Shown: piece by piece, positions 53,196 to 64,000 of the stretch
How the letters are laid out: each line of letters begins with the position of its first letter
Position numbering within the stretch: position 1 is the first letter of the stretch
Assembly: GCA_017499595.2 (NCBI GenBank)
Contig: CM039010.1
Location: forward strand, 2,170,001-2,234,000
Source: Psilocybe cubensis
Lineage: Eukaryota
Length of the DNA: 64,000 nucleotides
Reading direction: 5' to 3'
Notes under the pieces: model-generated
Databases searched by the model: none
What the model saw: only the letters and a program-made list of their open reading frames with translations
What the model was told of the DNA's origin: nothing
Translations under genes and position numbers: made by a program

Positions 53196-54914
53196 GGTGA
53201 TTTGGGCGGGTTTTTTTGGAGGGTTTGTGTGATCTAGGTTTTGTGTTGTGTGCGTAAGTATATCTATATTTCTTGCATATGCTCTCTATTGTCTCGCTTT
53301 CAACCGTATCGTATATCTTGCTTGTTATGTAACATATAGGGATTTTTTCTTTCTTGGACATTTTTTTGGTATCATGATGCTCTATCTAGGAACCAACACA
53401 GTTGTAACACTCTTCGCAATTCGCATTTTTCTCGTAGTCGTTATCGTCATTGTTAGAAGTTACAGTATACCAATATAATACCATACCATACACTATAATA
53501 AACACCTCGCTCTATCAATGAAATCATTGGCAAAACCACGGTTTACCCAGAATCAGAATTTTTCGTTTTGTTATGTACAGGGGTATACTATGATGTATTG
53601 TATTTGTATCCTATCCTCCAATTCACACAGACACGGACAAAGTTGTGTACTAAGACTACGACACAAATATACAGTAGAAAAAGGCAAAGAAACGGGAATA
53701 CCGAAGTCGGAAGAAGTGTAGTGTACTAATTTTCTGCCACATGTTAAGTAAGATAGTGAGGAAGACGAAGGCCGAATCAGAATGAGCGCGTCGTGCGTCG
53801 TGCTCGGTGGAACAGGATTCAGAACGCCCGCGACGTCGACGTCGAGATCTAGAGTCGAGGTTGTAAACCGTTCCAATAAGTTCCAAAGGAAGGTCGAACC
53901 ATTGACATTGACATTGACAAACGCACACTGAAACCCTTAAAAATCGAAAATCGAAAATCGAAAAAGAAACCCCATATTTTGTGTGTGCATATGTGCGAAC
54001 AGAAGAATTTGTACAAAGTAAAGTAACATTGAACAAAGATGTCTCTCTCTCTGTGTATGTATGTGTGTGTGTGTGTGAAGTGTGTATTTTGTAGCATCGG
54101 CATCAGGGTGCGTAAAGAAAGAAAATGTAGATAGAGAGAGAAAGACCGAACATTGACAATTGAGAATTGAGAAAAGAGAAATGTGGAATGAGAACCCCCT
54201 TGATTGATAAAAGAAACCGTAAAAACGCAGGAAGAATGAAGTTCAAAATGAAGATGTGAAATGTGAAAGAAACGAGTGGGATATAGATAGTAGTAGTAGT
54301 AGTAGTCATAGTACTGGTACCGATACTGAATACTGAATACTGAATACTAGCTGATACCGGCGGTAGTGGTAGTGGTAGTATAGTGGTAATGGTAGCGGTA
54401 GAAGTAATGGTAATAGTAGAAGCAATGTCAAAGATAGATGCATGGACATGGACATGGATATGGATATGGATATGACGGGATATCTAAATCGCCTGGTAAT
54501 GAATGAATGAATGAATGGGTGGATGAATGGATGAATGGGTTTGTGTGTGGGTGTGTGGGTGGTATCACAAACAAGCTGAAGCCGACAACGATACTGGATA
54601 CTGGGATACTGGAGAAAGAGAAAGAGATAGAGACGGAACGGAATAAGACAAACAGTGCGAAGAGAGAGATAGAGAGAGAGAGAGAGAAGAATAGAAAATC
54701 CGCGGGACAGATAGGCAAAAGAAAGACAGATAGGAGAAAAAAAAGACGAAGAGAAAAAAGAAAAAAAAAGAAAAATCTACATTGTGAATGCGAACTCGAA
54801 GGAAGACTTGGAAACTTGAAAAAAAAAAGTGAAAAACCGAAATGGAAGATTGAGTGAACCTCGAAACTTCGAAACCTCGAACACGACGCGGGGCACGGGC
54901 ACGGGGCGTGATTT

Positions 54915-57900
54915 TTAAAGCGCAATAGCCCTCGGAATCCCACCACTCCGTCCAATCGACCCCGTATTCGCAGCCGACGCCGACGCCGACGTCGATGTCG
55001 ATGTCGACGCACCCGCACCCGCACCTACACCAGCACCAGCACCACCAACCCCACCCTTCCCACCACCCAACGACGCCGAAAGCACCATCGGCGCGCGCAT
55101 CTTCGAGCCCAGCCCAACACTCGAGCTGGTCCGATACACCATCCCCGTCCCCGTGCGCGGCTTCGGGCGCGCTATACCCGTCGACAACAGCGTCCCGGAA
55201 TGCGACTGCGAAAGAGGCGAAGTGGACGTGGACGTGGAAGGAGGCGACGCCGCACCACCACCGTTGCTGCTCATCACACCAAACTCGTTAGCGGATGCGG
55301 TAGAGGACCAGTGCGTAGGCGGCGACGCGGACAAGGACAGGCTTCCGTGAGCGGGAGAGGAAGAGGACGGCGCGCGCAGGGAGGAGCGCGAGGTTGAGGT
55401 GGGGAGGGAGAGCACGGAGGGGACGGGCACGGCGGGACGGTCGCGGGACAACCCTGCTTGGCGCGGAAGCTGCAATGGGCGGACGGCGGCTGTCGTTGTC
55501 GTTGTCGTTGTTGCTGCTGTTGTCGTTGTAGCGGGAGAAGCAGCCACAGAGGCAGAGGCGGAAGCGGACGTCGAAGTCGACGAAAACGTCCGCGCGCGCG
55601 GGAACGCAATCTTGCTCGCACCCGCACCAGCAGCATCACCGCTAATCCGCGCATGCGACGGAATCTTCTTGAGCCCGCCCGCAGGTAGCGGCGGCAACGA
55701 TTTCTCCTTGTCATACGCCGCCTTCTTCCCAGCAGCAGCAGCAGTAGAGGCGGACGAATGATCGGTGTCACGCGGTGTGAGCGGCATAGGAATGCTCAGC
55801 GTAGAAGCCGTCGACGACGGCGTCGTATTCACATCTTCCTGCACCATCGTCTTTGTCGGCGTAGGCGTAGGCTGGCCGACAGGCGTGCGCAGCCGCGACG
55901 GCGTCCTGGTACTCGAATTATTAGCATTATCCGCGGCAGAGACAGACAGTGCAGAGGCGACACTGCTAAAGCTCGCTTTACTCGTCCTGTCCCCACTCGC
56001 AGCCGTCCCGAGGCTGCTCCTATCCCCCGCCCCACCACCACCACCACCGCCGCCCATCGTAGAATAACTGCTCCTCGACCCCGTCGAAAGCCGCGAGCCC
56101 GCGCTCATCCCAGATCCAGACACCGTCCGGCGCTGCCACGACGTCGGCGGCGGCAGAGGCGGCGCGGACCGCAGACTCCGCCCGCTCTGCGCCCTCTCGC
56201 GCTGCCGCTGCGCCCACTCGCCCGACTCCTTGAGCGAATGGTCCACCTCCTCTTCCCCATCATCATCGTCGAACTCGTCAAAGTCAGGCAGATCGTGTGT
56301 GTTGCTGCTGCTTAGTGCGCCGGAGCTGTAGGACCGCGAGAGCGGGTGGCGGTACTTGCCGCCCTGTTGGTGGTGCGAGGAGGGCCGTGAAGAGGAGGTG
56401 AGACTGTGCCCGAGCGACGAGGCGGATGCGCGCCGCGAGAGGTTGAGCGTGGATAGCCGGCGGGTCAGGGGCGACGGTGCGTCTTCGTCTTCGCTGGAAA
56501 ACATCGCAATACCAATCAGCATTTAGGGAACGAGGAAAATGAAAGAAAGAACGCACCTGTCGCTCCATCCCAAGCCAGTCGTGAGCCCGATACCACCGCG
56601 CAGCATCCTCCCATCGCGGTGCCTCACCCGGCGCATCGGCGTATCGCGCTCGTCTTTCATGATCCCAGACTTGGTCATCATCGAACCTGCATAACAAAAA
56701 CAAAAAAAGACAACAAACATGCTTAGCCGCATGATAAGGAGAGGAAAGTGAAAACGATATAACATACCGTTGGATGCGACGCTCATGATACTCCCCGGGC
56801 GCCCATCAGGCGCCATCGGCGTCGTCGCGCGCGACGCACCAGGTAACAGCTTGGAGTGCGGCGAAAGCAGCCCATGGCGCACCATCAGATGTCTACATTC
56901 CAAACCACCTCGTCAGAAAATGCATCGCATAAGAACCAACTAAACAAAAAACTCACGGTAAAGGCGTGTGCAGATCCAAACTCGAATCCGAGTCTTCATC
57001 GTCATATCCACGCCTTCCTCTTCCTCCCCCGCCGCCGTACACATCATCCTCGCTCCCCTGCCCCTCCAACACCCGCTCCATCTCCATCTCCATCTCATCA
57101 TACTCGCCCTCAAATTCGCCCTGCGAATGCCCGCTCATCCTATCCATCGACCTCACCCTGTCCATCCCCATACCCAGCTTGCGATCATCCCAAGAACTAC
57201 TCGACTTGGACGACCCAACAGAAAGCCGGAGCGACGCGGCCGCACCGCCTTCGCTGACGATGCGCTTCCCCGCCGCCTGGCCCATACCCCCACCAGCACC
57301 GCCACTAGCACTAGCACCGGAACGCACGCGCATGCGCGGCGCCGACGACTGTATCCCCAGCCCCAGCCCAATCCCGGCGCGAGAGCGCGTGCGCGTGCGC
57401 GACTTTGACCGCTTGCGCGACGACGCGGATGTGTTGAGGATCGTAGCGATATCGGGGCTCGGTGTGCGTGACGGCTCTGATGGAGCCGGGGGTGGTGGTG
57501 GGTGGTGCTGGTGCTTTGTAGTCGACGTCGAACGGGGTGTAGCGGACATTGTCGACTCGACACTCGCGCGCCGCGGGAACATCACGCCCACACCGCCCTC
57601 GTCCCTTGCTGTATCGTTATCGCCGCTGACAGTCCTATTTCCACCCACCGCACTCGCCCCGCCCGAGTCGACGCCAATGTTGTTGACATTGGAATTGACA
57701 GTGACGTTACTCTCCGCCGCGCCACCACCGCGTCTTATACGCAGACCAGGGCCCAGCTCGTCGAGTGTCATCGTCCCCCCTCCTCCTCCTCCTCCTTCCT
57801 CGCTCTGCCTATCCAAGCTCTTCCTTGATCCAGTTTTACTCTCCAAACTCGTCCTCTCCTCGCCTTTCCCCCATGACCCGCTCCCAGACCCGGACCCGGA

Positions 57901-60855
57901 ACCAGAACCAGAGCTCGAACTGGCAAGCACAACCTCCATCGTCTTCGACACCGCCCGATCGAGGTCTTGCAGGACCTCGATCTCGCGCTCTTTGCTCACT
58001 CCTGTACCCGTGCTCGTACTGGTGCCCGTACTGGTGCTCGTGCTCGTGGTGATCCCAAGCCCAACACCACCTCCAGCCTGCTTCACCGCCGCCCCCGCCC
58101 CCGCTGATGTAGGCAAAGGAGGCAACGCACCACCAGGCTCCGGTCCCGGTCCCGGTCCTCTATCCCTCCCTCTCTCCCTTTCCCTTTCCCTGTCCCTGTC
58201 CCTATCCCCTCCTTCATCCCCTCCTTCTTCTCCCACCACAGCACCACCACCCGCGCTACCACCACCCGCGCTACCACCACCACCACCACTCAACCCGCGC
58301 CCCCGACTCCGGCTCCGCCCGTCCAAGACGCGTCTGAGCGCCGCACTCCGCGTCCGCTCGGCGCGCCGCTCGATGCGGCTGTCTTTGATTGTTGATGTGG
58401 TTGTGGTTGTTGTTGTTGGTGTGGAAGTGGAAGTGGAAGAGGGCGAAGGGGTGTTTGTGGAAGTGGAAGAGGGCGAAAGGGTGTTTGTGGAGGGCGAAGG
58501 TGTTGAGGTCGTGTTTATGTTCGGTGTGCTTGTGCCTGTGCTTGTGCTTGTGCTTGTGCTCATAGTCATAGAAGACGCACCCGCACCCGCACCCCCAACT
58601 CCAATCCCAACACCGTACGCACGCGCAGAAGGAGGAGGAGGAGCGGGAGGGATAGAAAACGGCACCTCGAACGTCCCTGTCAGAATCGACGAGAACGTCG
58701 TCGTCGTCGTCGTCGTCGGGGCGGGACGCGGGTTGAAAGCTCTTTCGGGTGCTCTTTCGGGTGCTTTTCCATTCTCCCTCTCCCTCTCCCTTTCACGCTC
58801 GGTTTCCAGCGACCTCGACTTCGACTTTGAATTCGCTTGTTCGAGTGATATCGACTTTGCTTGCGATTGCGAGGGTGTTTGTTCAAGTGACCTCGACTTT
58901 GAATTCGAATTCGAATTCGGATTCGAATTCACTTGCGATTGCCCTCCAACGCCAACGACAGAGTTAAAAGACGACCCGCTCGAAAACTGCGTCATCGTCG
59001 ATACGGAGGCTGATACCCCGCCTTGTTCGTCTCCTCCTCCATCTCCTGTTTTTCCCCACTCATCTCCTCTTGCATTCCCTTTTTCACCCCCTCCTCCTAC
59101 ACCACCACCACCCTCATCCCGCTCAAGTAGCGGATACACACTCCTCACCGTCCTCGCCATCCCTCCTTCATTCGCAGCTCCGGTATCAGAACGGTGTGTG
59201 CCGTGCGACCCTGCCCCCAATCCTGTCCCCGCCCCCGATCCAGACCCAGACCCGGACCCGGCGGGAACAAAAGGCGCTAACACGGGTACAGGCGACATTT
59301 TGGATGAGGACGGGTAGGAGAAGGAGCCGATGCTTGTGCTTGATCTGTGCATTTTCGGTGTCGTCGTCGTTGCTGTCGTCGCTGTTGGTGCTGGTGAAGG
59401 GGTGGATGATGATGATGTGGCAGTGGAATTTTGCGAGGTATTTTGCTGTGTATTTTGGGTGTGAGTGTGAATTGGGTGTTGGTGTTGGTGCTGGCTTTGA
59501 GCTTGCTGCTGCTGCTGGGCGAAAGACGAAGAACGAGGCGAGGACGACGTGGTGGGAGAAGAAGAAGGAGGAGAAACGAAAGCCTGCTGTCGCTGCGCAA
59601 AACCCCCCATGCCCATGCCCATGCCTAAAAGGATACCCTGGGGGTCGATAGGATCCGCAAGTGACATCTGCGTCTGATGGTGGTGATGCTGGTGATGCCA
59701 TCGCGAAGCCGTCCCCGACCCAGATCCAGACGCAGACGCAGAGCCAAAGCTAAACCCGGAGGCAGAGGCAGAGCTAAACCCGGAGACGGGCACAGGGGGC
59801 AGTGACGTAGGCGACACGATGGACGGCGGGAAAAAGTCGTCAGAGCCGTCGGAGGTGTAGTCGTACTCGTACTCGTAGTCGTGCTCGGACGAGGATGTGT
59901 AGTCGTGTCCGACGCCGAGGACGTCGCGCATGTCGATGGAGCTGATGCTTTCGTTTGCGTGGTGGTTGTGCTGGCCGGGGCGGGAAGAGGTGGAGGTGGG
60001 ATGGGAGAATAGGGTGGGAGAGCCTGAGCCGGGAGTTGAGTTCGAGCCTGAAGGCATGACAGCTGGTGGGATATTGTGCTCGCCCGCGTCATCGTCGTCT
60101 ATATCTGACAGCGGGATAGGCGAGATGGACATGCGCGTCAGCTGCTGCTGCTCCTCCTCCCCTCCATCCATCCCCTCTCCATCTTCCGTACCGGGCGGAC
60201 GCAGCGAGCGCGGGTAGAGGCGCGGCGAGGAGGACGACGACGTGGATGCGCTCGAGAGCGATATCGAGATGGACGGGCGCGAGCGGGGGGACGAAGACAC
60301 GACACCCCCGCCACCACCGCCGGACGAGGAACCCGAGTTTCGATTGCTGGGGTGGTAGGAGGAGGGTGGGGGTAAAGGCGAGCTGGACGACGCCGGGCTC
60401 CTACCCGACGACGAGGCAAAGCTGGACCGCACACTGGGCCCGCCGTAACCATGGCTCTGACTCTGACTCTGGCCTTGTGCATGGGCATGCCCCCCGCTGC
60501 TGGCGAGACTGACGAGGGACTCGCGCTGGGACGCAGCTGAAGAGGCAGAGGCGGCCGAGTGCCTGCTCGACCAGCGCGAGCGGTTCACGGCCGACGAGAG
60601 CAGCAGCAGCTGTTCATGCTCCGATATGCGCGATGGGCCAGGGACGGGGGGGAGGGGGGTTGTGGGTGGGCCTGTTGGAGGGGGGTTGGCAAAGGCGGCG
60701 TTGTTGGGAGTGGTTGGGGTCGGGGGGATGTGGGAGGGGGGCACGGGGAAGGCTTCGAGGAGGAGGGGGACGGGAGCGCGTCGGGAGCGAGAGAGGGTGG
60801 TCGTCGTCGCGGACGATGAGCTCGCTGTGTGTGTGTTGTGGATAGTTGTGGACAT
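54915..60855 (-). CDS. Very large low-complexity protein with conserved-looking central motif
   Basis: Exons 60855-56957, 56892-56768, 56686-56557 and 56493-54915. Island DSDSSLDLHTPLPHLMVRHGLLSPHSKLLP...KDERDTPMRRVRHRDGRMLRGGIGLTTGLGWSDSEDEDAPSPL. Confidence 0.8.
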
Positions 60856-62316
60856 TACGGATACATTGTGAGTGGTCAGGAAGAAAGAACTGAAAAGAAA
60901 GAAAGAGAGCGACTTCCTTTTTCGGTCTGACTCATCTCAGATCCACGGCGCTTACTTATCTATTACATTTCCGCCTCTTCTCCTCCCATCTCATAATCCT
61001 CCCAATCAATGAAAAAAACAATTACCCCGGACGCGCTTCTAGCTCGCTCTGGTGTGCGCTCAAGCCTCGTCTGTCTCTCTCGTTCTGCACGGTCTCCTCA
61101 TAAAAAAACCAGGAACGGAACAGGACTCACTTGACAACTCATCGCTGACGCACCCGAATAGCACTCCACCTCCTCCCCACGCCATACCCGCATCCGAGTG
61201 TAGAGCCCAGTGCATTACCCGCACACCTCTTTCTTACCCACACACCCCGCTGAATACCAGCACAATACAATACAATCACAGCGCGCGCAAAACGCACAAA
61301 ATGCAGAAAAATGAAGAAATGTATCAACTTTTTCTGGGTCCCCGAATCCCCGTTCCCGTTCACCGTTCCCGTTCACGTTCACCGTTGACCCATTCCGCCT
61401 GTTTCGCTGTTTCCCTAGTTCACCCATTTGCCCATTTGCCCATACCGTCGCATATGGGGTTTACTAAACACCAATCCAATCCTTGATCCCTGATCCGCAG
61501 CGGGACCGTCACTTACTTCAATTATATCTCCGTTTTTGCATCGCTATCCCCAGAATCCCCAGAATCGCGGAGTCGCAAGTCGCAGAGTCGCACGTCGCAG
61601 AGTCTCCGAGTCGCAAATTCACAGAATCGCAGCGCAGCACAGCGGTACGTCTAGCACAGAGCATCGCAGAGTCGCAGAGTCGCAGAATCACAGCACCAGA
61701 ATCACGAAATCAGAACCACAAATCTGCAGCGCCGTAGAACGGTAGACAGCACACATTACAAGACATTACACCAACCCCCGAACCTCCCAACTCCCAACTC
61801 ACATTACACAACCCCTCGAACTCCAATCCCAGCTCCAGCTCCAAGTTCCCGAACTGGCAAAAACCCAAACCCAAACCCAAGACCAAGACCAAAACTATCC
61901 CTTCCAATTTCCGATCCCAGAATTCCAACAGAACATCCAACGAAGGCTTCTCCAGGCACACCGTAGAGCGGTCCACGGCTTACTTTCCACGGCTTAGGCT
62001 AGCGGTTCACGGGATCTCACGGCGAGCGGGCAAGAGGCGGAGGTTCTATCCTCACTGGGCTAACGCGGGATAAAGCAGATAAAGCCAAGGCTAAGGCTAA
62101 GGCCTGATGATGATGATGGTGGTGGTGCAGGAACGATCATCGTTACGATGATCGCGTGCGCAGGGACGAAATCAGGCCAAGGCGAAGGTTGACCCTGGCT
62201 GTGGTTTGCTCTGCTCTGCTCTGGCTCTCCGTTGGTCTGTTTTCCGTTGATCTGCTCTCCGTTTTCTCTCCTTTTCGTTGCTTAGCTCTCCGTGGACCGG
62301 TTGTCTATGTCCTGCT

Positions 62317-62370
62317 CTCTGCCTCTGCCTCTGCCTCTGCCTCTGCCTCTGCCTCTGCCTCTGCCTCTGC
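62317..62370. repeat. (CTCTGC)9 microsatellite
   Basis: Nine perfect copies. Confidence 0.95.
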
Positions 62371-62846
62371 TCTCCATTTCCTGCGCTTGCTGCTTTGCTC
62401 CTCTGGATCTGCTGCTATAGATCTGCTGCTCTGCTGTTCACTTGGTCTGGGTCTGTTGCTCCAATATCCGATTCTCTGATCTCTGAACTTGCTGGGGCTA
62501 TACGAAAAAAACGAAGAAGGAAAACATTTTATTCGTTCTTAGTCCACTCGAAAATGAGATTCAGCAAGCTAGCAAACAAAAAAAAAAAAAAACAAGAGAA
62601 AACGAAAACGGGAACTTGATAAAAGGGAGAAACTCAACTCGAGCGGATCCGACAACTGCATCGACAAACCCACCACCAACAACAGAAAGAAAAAAAAGAG
62701 AGGATTAAAAAGATAGAACCAACTCATACGCCCGAGTATCGCGTCTAGCGCATGGAGCGTTCGCGTTCGCGTTCGCGTTCGCGTTCGAGTCGGCTTGAGG
62801 TTTGGATAGGTCGCTTTTTGGTTTTGGCTTTGGCTTTCGCTTTGGT

Positions 62847-62884
<38 letters not shown>

Positions 62885-64000
62885 TGGGGCATGCGTTGGA
62901 TTCGATGGTTGTCTGTTTTTGTCTGTCTTTGTCTTTGTCTCTCTCTCTCTGGCTCTGGCTCTGGATCTCTCTGGCTGGCTCTCCCTCTGGTCCTGGCTCT
63001 GGCTCTGGCTCTAGTTATATCTCAAATCCAAACAACGAATCAAAATCATCTTCCATCTCACCGTGTGTTCTCTGGATATCATATTATGGCGCGCGAGACG
63101 TGGACGTGGATTTCTTATATAGTCTTCTGTGGATTTGTGACTCGCAATGCGCATCAACTTCAAGTCCTCGACTGCAGTGTTCAAAACTTCAAAATCTTGC
63201 GAGTGCGGTTCTTCTCTTATTCTCTCATAACTACATGCATATGCGCATATGCGCATGTGTACCGGATATCTGGGAAATACCAACGAGACAGGAAGGAGCA
63301 TCGACGATCCGGGTAACGCGAACGCGAACGTGTGCTTTTTTTTTTGGTGCCGGCACGGTACCGCACAACCATACGGGAGTTTATCGAGAATCATAATACC
63401 CGCGCGGGCTGCCAGTGGTACGTGTACTTTTCGTTCCGACGATACAGGATGACGCGGATGCGCTACGCGCGGTGCTACTGGCTAGTCGAACCTGCGGCTG
63501 GAGTTGGTATTTCTCAGACGATGGAGCGTTGGCTGTTCTATTCCATTCTATTCTATGGTACCGAGCCATCAGCGCAGGACCGCACTGATGAAATCATGTG
63601 TATTCTATTCTGTTTATAATATATTATATTCAGCACAGAGCTGAGAGGATGTTATTGTTATTGTTATCCACCTCCACGTGTATCCCGGGACTTCTAGCCT
63701 AAGCCTATTTATTTAAAAACGCAGAGTTGATCTATAGTATCTGATATCATCTGCGTGTTTCTGTCAATTCAGTTGAACAAAAGATAAAATATAAAAGAGT
63801 ATATATATATGATTATGGCGGGGCGGCGTTGGAGGTATATATTTTTACATGTGAATTTCCAGGACCCTCGGTGCTTATAGCACGTCTAAATTTCACAGCC
63901 ATCCTTCTTGATTATTCCTTTTTTGCTTCTCGGTCGACGGTCGTCGTATCAACTGGGAACAGAGGAGAGCAGTGATGTATCTCTGTTTGTGGAGTTATGC

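Noticed and set aside
53571-53876. ORF with pheromone-precursor-like start (MERFTT)
   Set aside because: TTG start and no terminal CaaX motif.
56966-59317. 783-aa antisense ORF
   Set aside because: Shadow of the in-frame, GC-rich hexamer-repeat gene on the minus strand; non-ATG start.

Overview
Intron-rich eukaryotic DNA from a basidiomycete, most likely an Agaricales mushroom. This is inferred from short GT-AG introns and gene content; the species cannot be determined. I reconstructed about 21 spliced genes by hand: a PQ-loop protein (3' part), a 10-exon secreted protein, an atypical kinase, Dgk1, divergent RPS22/RPS17, a bacterial-like TIGR04076 protein, a PaaI thioesterase, a FAD2-like desaturase, an S53 sedolisin, mitochondrial ferredoxin, a membrane sensor-like protein, a CorA-like protein, three large low-complexity proteins and five copies of an orphan family. 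Highlights: (1) The orphan family sits in two tandem clusters (12.3-16.4 kb, + strand; 43.6-47.6 kb, - strand). All copies share a ~75-aa C-terminal SAM-like helical domain, two carry an N-terminal HTH, and one is frameshifted. (2) An H/ACA snoRNA (snR44 orthologue) lies in an RPS22 intron and has a readable guide for 18S Psi106. (3) A foldback/MITE-like element lies at ~31.9-32.3 kb. (4) The desaturase is divergent and has an 8-nt microexon in His box 1. (5) Microsatellite-saturated domains are sharply bounded. All family assignments come from motif recognition by eye, not database searches.
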